From: Dendrobates tinctorius
Taxonomy: Eukaryota
DNA length: 64,000 nucleotides
Reading direction: 5' to 3'
Assembly (NCBI RefSeq): GCF_039654945.1
Contig: NW_027361723.1
Coordinates: forward strand, 2,852,001 to 2,916,000
Below are positions 51,891 through 64,000 of the stretch, one piece after another. Under the pieces are notes generated by a model. It was not told where the DNA came from and did no database searches. It worked only from the letters and a program-made list of their open reading frames with translations. Within the stretch, counting starts at the first letter, position 1, and every line of letters begins with the position of its first letter. A program made the translations under genes and the position numbers.

Positions 51891-52036
51891 ACCACCTCCT
51901 CACTGCAGAGCTGTATGATCAGTGCCACCACCTCCTCCCTGCAGAGCTGTATGATCAGTGCCACCACCTTGTCCTCAGCAGACCTGTATGATCAGTGCCA
52001 CCACCTCCTCCCTGCAGAGCTGTACGATCAGTGCCA
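51888..52036 (+). repeat. 36-bp tandem repeat x4 containing the H1 cleavage region and HDE-like CAGAGCTG
   Basis: Unit GCCACCACCTCCTCACTGCAGAGCTGTATGATCAGT. Confidence 0.9.
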
Positions 52037-52376
52037 GTACATTATATAATTGATGCTGGGCGCAGTGTCAGGATGGATAGTTATCTGTTGCTAATACGAG
52101 CTCTGCACTGTACAGCGCTGTGTACACGGATATGGCCGTGCATTTACGTCAGTGGCGTCTGCTCCATATTCCGAATGTAAGGGATGATGTGAACCGCCTC
52201 GTGGAGGAGGCGGGGACAACAGGGGGCGGGGTTACTGGGCGAGAGGCGGAGTTGCTCTTCACAATGATTGGTTAAACACATCATGTCCTTATTGGCTTCT
52301 TTTATTTATGCCACAACCAGTGGCGTGCAGGGGGCGTGTTTCCTATAGACCAATGAGGACGCGCCCTGGAGCATAA

Positions 52377-52841
<465 letters not shown>

Positions 52842-52870
52842 ATCTTCCCGGGCTCCAACCACAACACAAA

Positions 52871-52886
52871 GGCTCTTTTCAGAGCC
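52871..52886 (+). terminator. H3 3' stem-loop
   Basis: GGCTCTTTTCAGAGCC-ACCA, with GAGCTG downstream. Confidence 0.95.
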
Positions 52887-53311
52887 ACCAAATCTTTCCA
52901 AAAACGAGCTGAGTCCTGAACTGCCGGTTTATGTGCGTGTTCTACATATACGGATCGCACTCTCTCAGGAATAGATGGTGGCTGCGGTTTCTGATATCAC
53001 AGGTGATCGCTGAGCGATAACTGAAATCTCACGTTTCTCTATTCTCATCCATTGTAAAACATGCGGAGTCTATAACATAACCAACGTTAATATAGGGAGA
53101 GGGGTAAGGTGTGTGTACCCTCAGAGTGTGGTGAATTTCTATACTGTGATGTAGCCTCTATAAAGCGCTCTAGATATTTCATCCATACAGTAACTCCTGA
53201 CCCATATAGCGCTGTATATCCAGGTAACCATCTGTTTTAACCGCTGATGTCACATAACACCACAAAATACCCGCAATCTCCCTCCCTGGCCACATCACAC
53301 AGCGGAGATCA

Positions 53312-53716
<405 letters not shown>

Positions 53717-55204
53717 CTATGACTAATGAGCGCAGGGTCCTTTACATGGAGGCGGGGCGGACCGGAGCGAAAACAGGAGGGATGACCGTTTCCGGGGCGG
53801 GGGTTCTAGTATTGAATTCGCGGTTAAGCTCCTCCTCTTCTCTGATTGGCTGAATACAGGACTGTTGGTGATTTTGAATTCCCCCCCCTCTCTGTTACAA
53901 AGAATATTCAACAAAACTCCCCATCGCGGCGCCGCCGCTAGATCTGTCCGTTATTTGGATTTTTCCGTTGCTATTTTCCAGCTTCTTCATAATGTAATAA
54001 GTAAATAAATACTTTAGGGACAGTGATCTCCAGAAGCCTCATCTGACCCAGGCAGTCGCTCCTCATTACAGGTGGTGGCGGCCAGTACAGGGCAGGGAGC
54101 CGCATGTAACGAGTCCCGGAGGCTCCATCCCCGGAGAAGAGGAGAAATATCAGATACAAGATAACGATCCCCAACCACCGATGTGATCTGCAGCGACCAT
54201 CGCCGCGCACGGGATCTGCTCCAATCAACGTCAGGAATAATGTTCACTAAGACAATATAGAAAAGGGAGTGGGAAGGCGCCAGCACCGATCCGGGGACAA
54301 ATACGGGTATAGGCAGAACACACTGGAGAGGCGGCACCAGGACCCAGCGCGTGTGACATCAGATTGTGATCGCTAACGCTTCTCCGGAGCGCAATGTGCG
54401 ACTGAGCGGGAAATTAGGGTTCACTAACGGCTCAGTAAATGACGGCGGAACATCGAAATAAAGAACCGACCATTCGCCCGCTACTTAATTTACTTTCAAC
54501 TCCTTAGTGACCGTATTCCTGCTGAATCTCTGCTCTGTACAGAATCCGCCTCAAGCACCGCAGACCCCGGCTGTGCACACCATACCCCTCTCCCTTACAA
54601 TGGATGAGACTAGAGAAAGTGCTGAGCGATAACTGGAATCTCACTTCTCACCTGTGATATCAGAAACCGCAGCCGCCATCTATTCCTGAGAGAGTGCGAT
54701 CCGTATAGGGAGAACACGCACATAAACCGGACAGCGGAAGGAAAAGGAGTGCGTAGAATCCGAGACTCCGTGAACTTGTATTATTCCAGTGAAGCGCAGT
54801 GACGGCCGGGTGCCCTCATAGATCGCTGTAGCGCGGCTCCTGGATTCATCCAGTGTTGTGTCTGCACCTCACTACTACCACCCCCAGCATTCACAGGAAA
54901 CTCACAAATTGGAATGGAAAGGGTTAATGTAAGAGGAGATGAAAAGAGAAAGCAGAGATCCAACCAGGAGGATAATCTACTGGAAATGTCACTGAGCAGA
55001 GATCATCATTACCAGCTGCGGGAGAGCGAGGACCTATCGCCGAGTGCAACGCACCACCTGCAATCATTATCACTGACCTATTGGAGAGAGGAGGTCCCAG
55101 TGTAGACGTTTTCTCCGGAAAGGAGCTGCTCAGCACATGCACGGCCTTGATGAGGACACTACACAGGGCAGCGGAGGAGCAGCTCTTATGGTGAGGGGGT
55201 GGGC

Positions 55205-55220
55205 GGCTCTTAGAAGAGCC
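55205..55220 (-). terminator. H2B 3' stem-loop
   Basis: Reverse complement GGCTCTTCTAAGAGCC, with HDE-like AAGAGCTG downstream. Confidence 0.92.
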
Positions 55221-55244
55221 TTTGGGGTGATGGCGGAGCNNNNN

Positions 55245-56353
<1,109 letters not shown>

Positions 56354-56385
56354 GCGCTGCTGCCGATCCCACCTACACAACCAAA

Positions 56386-56401
56386 GGCTCTTCTAAGAGC
56401 C
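56386..56401 (+). terminator. H2A 3' stem-loop
   Basis: GGCTCTTCTAAGAGCC-ACCCA, with CAGAGCTG downstream. Confidence 0.95.
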
Positions 56402-57283
56402 ACCCACCCCGTCACCACCAGAGCTGACGCCGCTGATCTCGGGTCCTCACATTCCAGACACCACGGGCTGCCGCCACCAGTCTGTAGGTTGCTGCGTACA
56501 CTGGAATCCGTTGTGCGGTTTCTACCCAAAACACTGGAGTGTCGGGAGATGAATGGGATAATATCATATGAAGCCTCAGACCTGTGGGGGGAGAGGAGTC
56601 CCTCATTAGTGTCTGATCCTCCGGCCCCTGACATCGCTGTGGAGATAACACGCAGTGATCACGTATCGGGGGGGAGTTGGCGGCCGCTGCCGGCGATTCT
56701 CCACATCAGTGACTGCGGCTCCTCCCGGAGGACGATCCCGTGATGGCGGCTCTGGAGGGCTGGACTCAGCGCGGTTCTCGGGTGACCGGATTGTGATCTC
56801 CGCTGTCAGCCGTGACCGGTAGTAATCCTCCGCGGAACAAGAGCGGGAACTTCAAATCCCCCAACGGATCCTGTGATCAGACAATGAGCGGGAATCCTCG
56901 GTAAAGCGCCGTCCTCAGTGACGTACATAGACGTCTTTCCAACTCCGTTTAACTCCTTACTTGCCGTGTTGCTGCTGATCTCCCCTTATTTAGCAGTGTC
57001 CACAGATGCGGCACCTTCTCCCCAGCCCCCGGCAGCGCTCACATCGGGCTCCTCCAGAGCATCTGCTGCTTGCAGCCCCCTGTAATCACTGCAGACACAA
57101 CTGGGAGTCCTGATAATACTTACTAAAAGGGTTAACCCCACAATAGTGTAGTGTAATCAGCCGCAGGCTTCACTGAACAAATACTAAGTAACGCAGAAAA
57201 ATAAGAATTAATAAAGCCAATAAACCACGAATCCTCCTGCTTTTCTTTCATTGCTAAAATATCACAGATCAAAGCATCATACC

Positions 57284-57520
57284 TAGTGAGGAGCGAGCAG
57301 TAAAGAGCTCGGGTGCTCGTTCGGGTTGAGCAAATTTGAATACTCAGGTACTTGGACAGAACAACGAGCCCAATGTAAGTCTATGGGAGACCCCAGCATT
57401 TCTACATGGATCCCCCAGGTCTAAAAACATCTGAAAATGATGGAAACACTGCTGCAATGACAGGGGACATCATGGGGATCACCCCTGGAAGCATTCCTGA
57501 CTCCTAGGTCACAGCTTTAT
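57284..57520. mobile_element. Old hAT terminal fragment (TAGTGAGGAGCGAG, CTCG-rich)
   Basis: TIR-like start related to the other TAG(A/T)G termini; shares a CCCAATGTAAGTC.ATGGG palindrome with the hAT C right end. Confidence 0.5.
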
Positions 57521-57648
57521 CATTGTAGCATTTACCAACCCTAGGTGGCCATGTGGTGTGTGATATTAGCAGACACATCTTGTCTTTCAGAGTCCCTCCT
57601 TCATAAATGAAACAAGTGTAAAGATGGATGTTTCAAATATATCCCTAC

Positions 57649-58203
57649 TAGTGTTGAGCATTCCGATACTGCAAATATCGGGTATCGGCCGATATTCGCT
57701 GTATCGGAATTCCGATACCGAGTACCGATATTTTTTCAATGTCGGAATCGGAAGTTCCCATAATGCAAAGAGCCACTGTTGTGGCTCTGATTGGCTGCCG
57801 AAATGATGTCATCATGATGCGCCGTCAGTTCGAGCCTTCCGGGGGAGGGGGGTCTATGCAGACTGCCCGGGGTTCTGTACCGGCCTGCCGGTGGTCTGTA
57901 CTGACTGTCCGGGGGTCTGAGCGGCCTGCCGGGGGGGCTGTGCCGACTGTCCGGGGGTCTGTGCAGGCTGCGGGGGTCTGTGCAGGATCGTCCGATGGGA
58001 CTACAAGTCCCATCGGGCGATGCCTGCTACCATGACGGTGATTGACACATTAACCAATGATGGGACAGTAGTAGTCCCATCATCCGGCCTATGTGTTGAA
58101 TGTAAAAAAAAAAAAAAACATACTACATACATGCTACATACATGCAACATACATACTGCATATATTCCACATGCATGCAACATGCATACTACATATATAC
58201 CAC
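57649..58203. mobile_element. Fold-back hAT copy 3 (left part, interrupted by element F)
   Basis: TAGTGTTGAGCATTCCGATAC start, followed by the same minisatellite, hairpin and microsatellite order as at 30629. Confidence 0.88.
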
Positions 58204-60705
58204 TAGAGTTGAGCGAAACGGGTCTAAAAAATTCAAAAGTCCCCGACTTTTGGCAAAGTCGGGTTTCATGAAACGAAACCCGACCCTAGGATGAGGTCGG
58301 CCACGAGGTCGGCGACTTACGCGCCAAAGTCGCGTTTCAAAAGTTTGTTTTGCGCTCTTTTTCAGCCAATCAGGATCCACGGACACTGTGGGCAACGTGA
58401 TGACATAGGCAGGGGTCACCACCATCTTTCAGAAGGGCATGCAAGTGATTGGCTTGCTTTGGTGGGCGTCACAGGGGGTATAAAAGGGCGTGCACGCCGA
58501 CCGCCATCTTACTTCTGCCGATCTCAGTATAGGGAGAGGTTGCTGATTCTGTAGGGAGAGCGTTAGGCAGGGAAGAAGACAAAAAAAACTGCTTCTGCTG
58601 CTAGCGATTTTGCCTGCACAACACACCAGTCACTGTGTGTGCAGTGCAAGGGGAGGCTATATAGTGGTGTATCAGTGGTGTTGGTTGTTGGGCTGCCTTC
58701 TAAGGCTTCCAGACAGGCTGGCATTGCTGTTTACCCACTGCTCCGCAAACTGCTTTTTTAAAAGCAATCCCAATTTTTTTTTTTTAGTCCTGCTGAGAAG
58801 AAAAAAAAACTGCTTCTGCTGCTAGCAATTTGGCCTGCACAACACACCAGTCACTGTGTGTGCAGTGCAAGGGGAGGCTATATTGTGGTGTATCAGTGGT
58901 GTTGGTTGTTGGGCTGCCTTTTAAGGCTTCCTGACAGGCTGGCATTGCTGTTTACCCACTGCTCTGCAAACTGCTTTTTTAAAAGCATTCCAATCTCCCT
59001 TATCCTCTAGTCACTTTTGTCACAGCTGTGCCATTGAGCCTGTGACATAGCGCTCAGATATCAGTGGGCCTCACACAATCCAAAAGTGTCCAGTGTCCAA
59101 AAGTGTGTGCAGAAATTCAAAATCTCCCTTATCCTCTAGTCACTTTGGTCACAGCTGTGCCATCGAGCCTGTCACATAGCGCTCAGATATTCATTGGGCC
59201 TCACACAATACAAAAGTGTCCAGTGTCCAAAAGTGTCTGCAGAAATTCAAAATCTCCCTTATCCTCTAGTCACTTTGGTCACAGCTGTGCCATCGAGCCT
59301 GTCACATAGCGCTCAGATATTCATTGGGCCTCACACAATCCAAAAGTGTCCAGTGTCCAAAAGTTGTGCAGAGATTCAAAATCTCCCTTATCCTCTAGTC
59401 ACTTTGGTCACAGCTGTGCCATCGAGCCTGTCACATAGCGCTCAGATATTCATTGGGCCTCACACAATCTCACACAAGGAAAGACTAGAAGCAATGGGAT
59501 GAAACTGAATGGGAGGAGACACAGATTAGATATTAGAAAAAACTTTTTGACAGTTAGAGTGATCAATGAGTGGAACAGGCTGCCTCGAGAAGTGGTGAGT
59601 TCTCCTTCAATGGAAGTCTTCAAACAGAGGCTGGACAGACATCTGACTGGGATGATTTAGCGAATCCTGCTTTGAGCAGGGGGTTGGACCAGATGGCCCA
59701 GGAGGTCCCTTCCAACTCTACGATTCTATGATTCTATGATTCTATGATTCTAATCCAAAAGTGTCCAGTGTCCAAAAGTGTGTGCAGAGATTCAAAATCT
59801 CCCTTATCCTCTAGTCACTTTGGTCACAGCTGTGCCATCGAGCCTGTCACATAGCGCTCAGATATCAGTGGGCCTCACACAATCCAAAAGTGTCCAGTGT
59901 CCAAAAGTGTGTGCAGAGATTCAAAATCTCCCTTATCCTCTAGTCACTTTGGTCACAGCTGTGCCATCGAGCCTGTCACATAGCGCTCAGATATTCATTG
60001 GGCCTCACACAATCCAAAAGTGTCCAGTGTCCAAAAGTGTGTGCAGAGATTCAAAATCTCCCTTATCCTCTAGTCACTTTGGTCACAGCTGTGCCATCGA
60101 GCCTGTGACATAGCGCTCAGATATCAGTGGGCCTCACACAATCCAAAAGTGTCCAGTGTCCAAAAGTGTGTGCAGAGATTCAAAATCTCCCTTATCCTCT
60201 AGTCACTTTGGTCACAGCTGTGCCATCGAGCCTGTGACATAGCGCTCAGATACCAGTGGGCCTCACACAATCCAAAAGTGTCCAGTGTCCAAAAGTGTGT
60301 GCAGAGATTCAAAATCTCCCTTATCCTCTAGTCACTTTGGTCACAGCTGTGCCATCGAGCCTGTGACATAGCGCTCAGATACCAGTGGGCCTCACACAAT
60401 CCAAAAGTGTCCAGTGTCCAAAAGTGTGTGCAGAGATTCAAAATCTCCCTTATCCTCTAGTCACTTTGGTCACAGCTGTGCCATCGAGCCTGTCACATAG
60501 CGCTCAGATATTCATTGGGCCTCACACAATCCAAAAGTGTCCAGTGTCCAAAAGTGTGTGCAGAGATTCAAAATCTCCCTTATCCTCTAGTCACTTTGGT
60601 CACAGCTGTGCCATCGAGCCTGTCACATAGCGCTCAGATATTCATTGGGCCTCACACCATCCAAGAGTGTCCAGTGTCCAAAAGTGTGTGCAGAGATTCA
60701 AAATC
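58204..60705 (+). mobile_element. hAT element F: left end, promoter and 130-bp satellite array (58990-60705) with two CR1 insertions
   Basis: TAGAGTTGAGCGAAACGGG start; colinear with 6576 onward. Confidence 0.9.
59473..59751 (+). mobile_element. Short 5'-truncated CR1 C with (ATTCTATG)n tail
   Basis: Near-identical (2 mismatches seen) to the 3' end of CR1 D. Confidence 0.92.
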
Positions 60706-60790
60706 ATAGAATCATAGAATCATAGAATCGTAGAGTTGGAAGGGACCTCCTGGGCCATCTGGTCCAACCCCCTGCTCAAAGCAGGATTCG

Positions 60791-63523
60791 CTAAATCATC
60801 CCAGTCAGATGTCTGTCCAGCCTCTGTTTGAAGACTTCCATTGAAGGAGAACTCACCACTTCTCGTGGCAGCCTGTTCCACTCATTGATCACTCTAACTG
60901 TCAAAAAGTTTTTTCTAATATCTAATCTGTGTCTCTTCCCATTCAGTTTCATCCCATTGCTTCTAGTCTTTCCTTGTGCAAATGAGAATAAAGTTGATCC
61001 TTCTACAATGTGACAGCCCTTTAGATATTTGTAGACAGCTATTAAGTCTCCTCTCAGTCTTCTCTTTTGCAAACTAAACATTCCCAAATCCTGCAACCTT
61101 TCCTCATAAGACAGGGTTTGCAGACCGGTCACCATTCTGGTCGCTCTTTTCTGAACTTGCTCCAGTTTGTTGATGTCTTTTTTAAAATGTGGTGCCCAAA
61201 ACTGGACACAATATTCCAGATGAGGTCTGACCAAAGAGGAGTAGAGGGAAATAATGACTTCACGTGATCTAGACTGTATGCTTCTGTTAATACATCCTAG
61301 AATTGCATTTGCCTTTTTTGCTGCTGCATCACACTGTTGACTCATATTCAGTCTGTGATCTATTAGTATACCCAAGTCTTTTTCACATGTGCTGTCACTT
61401 AGCCCTATTCCTCCCATTCTATATATGCTTTTTTCATTTTTATTGCCCAGATGTAGTACTTTGCATTTCTCCCTGTTAAAAACCATTCTGTTTGTTGCTG
61501 CCCACTTCTCCAGTTTATTTAAATCTTTTTGAATCCTCTCTCTCTCTTCTCTAGTATTAGCTATCCCTCCTAGCTTTGTGTCATCAGCAAATTTAATCAG
61601 TTTACCCTCAATTCCTTCATCTAAATCGTTGATAAAGATGTTGAACAATACAGGGCCCAGGACAGAGCCCTGTGGTACCCCACTTGAGACATTCTTCCAA
61701 CTGGATGTGCAGCCATTTACGACCACTCTTTGGGTCCGATCACTAAGCCAGTTATGAATCCACCTAACAGTTGCCTTGTCCATTCCATACTTAGTCATTT
61801 TTTCAATAAGGATTGTATGAGAGACTTTGTCAAATGCTTTGCTGAAGTCAAGATATACTATATCTACAGCATTTCCTTGATCCACCCAATCAGTGATACC
61901 GTCATAGAAGGAAATTAAGTTAGTCTGACATGACTTATTAGTTAGAAACCCATGCTGACTCTGTTTAATCACTTCATTCTTATCCAGGTATTGACATACA
62001 TGTTGTTTAATAATTTGTTCAAAGATCTTTCCTGGTATAGAAGTCAGACTCACCGGCCTATAGTTGCCTGGGTCCACCTTCTTCCCCTTTTTGAAGATAG
62101 GAACAACATTTGCTCTTCTCCAGTCTTCTGGCACTTCTCCTGTTCTCCAAGAATTTTCAAAGATTATGGAGAGGGGTTCAAAAATTTCTTCTGCTATCTC
62201 CTTCAGTACTCTGGGGTGTAATTCATCTGGACCTGGAGACTTGAATTCATTTAGGTTAGCTAAGTGTTTCCTCACTATCTTTCTGTTTATAGATATCCTG
62301 GATTCTTCTATTCCCTTAATAGGACAGTGAATAACAGTTGATGTTGCATTTCCTTTCTGAGAGAAAACAGATGCAAAATAGGAATTTAAAAGTTCAGCCT
62401 TCTCAACATCCTGTCTTACCATTTCATCATTTTCATCCTGTAAAAATCCTATAGCATCTTTGACTTTTCTTTTACTTTTGACATATCCCCAAAATCCTTT
62501 ATTATTGCTTTTGACATCTCTTGCAAGCCTCAGTTCATTTTCAGCTTTAGATAATCTGATTTGTGCCCTGCAGGTTCTGCAGACAGCATTATATTCTTCT
62601 TTAGATATGCCTCCCTCTTTCCATTTTATAAACATTTTTTTCTTCCTTTTTAGCATGTGCTTAAGTTCTGTGTTCATCCATCCTGGTTTCCTTAAATGCT
62701 TCCTATTCTTCCCTCTTTTCGGAATTGTTAACAACTGTGCTTTGAGAATTTCATTTTTCAAGATTTCCCATCCTTCCTGGACATTTTTGTCTTTAAGGAT
62801 ATCCAGCCATTGGATCCCTCCAATTCTCTTTCTGAATCCCTTAAAATCTGCCTTTCTGAAATCTAACCTTGACGTCTGAGTCTTCACAGGTCTTCCACCT
62901 CTAGTTATCCAAAATTCTAAAATAGCATGGTCGCTACCTCCTAGGGTCCCAGCCACTTTTACCTCCTCAACCATTTCCTCCCTGTTTATAAGGATTAGAT
63001 CCAAGGTAGCAGTTCCCCTTGTTTTCTCCCCTACCTTTTGGAAGATAAAGTTGTCAGCAAGAGAGGATAAGAATTTCCTTGACCTGTTAGTTTTGCCTGA
63101 GAGAGATTCCCAACAAATGTCTGGATAGTTGAAATCTCCCATGACAACTATGTCATATTTTTTGGAGAACTTGGCCATCTGATGCATAAAGAGTTCATCT
63201 ATATCTTCGGCTTGCACAGGCGGCCTGTAGTAAATGCCTACAATGGTGTCCTTTCCATTGTTCCGTCCTTGTATTCTTACCCAAACAGTTTCCACAGAAC
63301 TTCCAGTCTCTGAAGCTTCAATCTCTGTGCAGATATACGCGTTTCGAACATACAATGCGACACCCCCTCCTCGTTTATCAAGTCTGTTTCTTGCAAATAA
63401 GTTGTATCCTTCTAGTCTTGTATTCCAATCATGTGTATTGTCCCACCAAGTTTCAGTGATTCCAATTACATCATATTTCTTTTCCTGTGTTAGTAGTTCC
63501 AATTCTCCTTGTTTGTTGCCCAT
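60791..63523 (-). CDS. CR1 ORF2: AP endonuclease + reverse transcriptase (910 aa from the first AUG; frame open further upstream)
   Basis: Motifs GITETW, MGDFNYPD, GSDH, KSPGPD, YLDFSKAFD, GVPQGSVLGP, FADD; no stops. Confidence 0.96.
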   Translation of the reverse strand: MGNKQGELELLTQEKKYDVIGITETWWDNTHDWNTRLEGYNLFARNRLDKRGGGVALYVRNAYICTEIEASETGSSVETVWVRIQGRNNGKDTIVGIYYRPPVQAEDIDELFMHQMAKFSKKYDIVVMGDFNYPDICWESLSGKTNRSRKFLSSLADNFIFQKVGEKTRGTATLDLILINREEMVEEVKVAGTLGGSDHAILEFWITRGGRPVKTQTSRLDFRKADFKGFRKRIGGIQWLDILKDKNVQEGWEILKNEILKAQLLTIPKRGKNRKHLRKPGWMNTELKHMLKRKKKMFIKWKEGGISKEEYNAVCRTCRAQIRLSKAENELRLARDVKSNNKGFWGYVKSKRKVKDAIGFLQDENDEMVRQDVEKAELLNSYFASVFSQKGNATSTVIHCPIKGIEESRISINRKIVRKHLANLNEFKSPGPDELHPRVLKEIAEEIFEPLSIIFENSWRTGEVPEDWRRANVVPIFKKGKKVDPGNYRPVSLTSIPGKIFEQIIKQHVCQYLDKNEVIKQSQHGFLTNKSCQTNLISFYDGITDWVDQGNAVDIVYLDFSKAFDKVSHTILIEKMTKYGMDKATVRWIHNWLSDRTQRVVVNGCTSSWKNVSSGVPQGSVLGPVLFNIFINDLDEGIEGKLIKFADDTKLGGIANTREERERIQKDLNKLEKWAATNRMVFNREKCKVLHLGNKNEKSIYRMGGIGLSDSTCEKDLGILIDHRLNMSQQCDAAAKKANAILGCINRSIQSRSREVIISLYSSLVRPHLEYCVQFWAPHFKKDINKLEQVQKRATRMVTGLQTLSYEERLQDLGMFSLQKRRLRGDLIAVYKYLKGCHIVEGSTLFSFAQGKTRSNGMKLNGKRHRLDIRKNFLTVRVINEWNRLPREVVSSPSMEVFKQRLDRHLTGMI

Positions 63524-63702
63524 GCTTTGTGCATTAGTATAGAAACATTTTAGTTTGTGATTGGTTTCTCTTTCTCCAATATTTTTATTAATTAGATTCT
63601 TTCGTCTTTGTTCTTCCTTTCCACTTCTAATAGCAGAGTTCTCAATAGCATTTGTCAGGTGTATGGCTTTTTCTGGTCTTTTGCTTCCCTTCCCATGTTG
63701 TT

Positions 63703-64000
63703 CTAGTTTAAAGCTCTCCTTACAAGTGTAGCAAGGCGACTTCCAAATACATGCTTTCCAGTCTTCGTAAGGTGCACCCCATCTCTAGCAAGTAGTCCAT
63801 CGTATAAGTAGTTCACTCCGTGATCCAGAAATCCAAATCGTTGCTGACGGCACCATCGACGTAGCCAGTTGTTCACCTGCAGAATCTTATTCCACCTCCT
63901 TGTTCCATGGCCATCCACTGGGAGGATGGAAGAGAAGACCACCTGCGCTCCCAGTTCTTTCACTTTCTTGCCTAAGTCTTCAAAGTCTCTGCAGATGGTT
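63703..64000 (-). CDS. CR1 ORF1 C-terminus, SGNH/GDSL esterase-like domain (partial)
   Basis: VVFSSILP..NNWLRRWC..FGFLDH..DGVHL (DxxH) ..RALN*. Confidence 0.88.
   Translation of the reverse strand, partial: TICRDFEDLGKKVKELGAQVVFSSILPVDGHGTRRWNKILQVNNWLRRWCRQQRFGFLDHGVNYLYDGLLARDGVHLTKTGKHVFGSRLATLVRRALN

Larger units (their letters stand above)
60702..64000 (-). mobile_element. Young, long CR1 LINE D (continues beyond the window)
   Basis: (ATTCTATG)n tail at 60702-60730, intact ORF2, and the ORF1 C-terminus. Confidence 0.96.

Overview
Vertebrate genomic DNA, most likely an anuran (frog); the species call is inferred from the TE repertoire and histone sequences. The window holds a replication-dependent histone cluster at ~48-56.4 kb: intact H4, H1, H3.2 and H2A, an H2B whose CDS is largely N-masked, and a frameshifted H4 pseudogene, each with a 3' stem-loop. 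An inverted duplicate of part of the cluster (pseudo-H4 plus a 3' half of H3) lies at 1-2 kb. Between them are ~45 kb of nested transposons. These include several copies of a ZBED4/Ac-like hAT family with internal 130/133-bp satellite arrays (one full-length 7.1-kb copy), ~3-kb fold-back non-autonomous hATs, two Tc1/mariner elements (one with an intact DD34E ORF), Harbinger MITEs, Gypsy LTR pieces, a DIRS element and four CR1 LINEs (one with an intact ORF2). The most unusual observations are: (i) a candidate -1 ribosomal frameshift (U UUA AAC then UAG) joining CR1 ORF1 to an ORF2 whose first endonuclease motif has no upstream AUG; (ii) a degenerate ~480-bp 18S rRNA fragment carried antisense inside the hAT 3' region; (iii) arm-to-arm homogenisation in the giant palindromic hATs; (iv) copy-specific homogenised satellites in the hAT 5' UTR; (v) duplicated histone 3'-processing signals. 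All of this was read by eye; no database searches were run.
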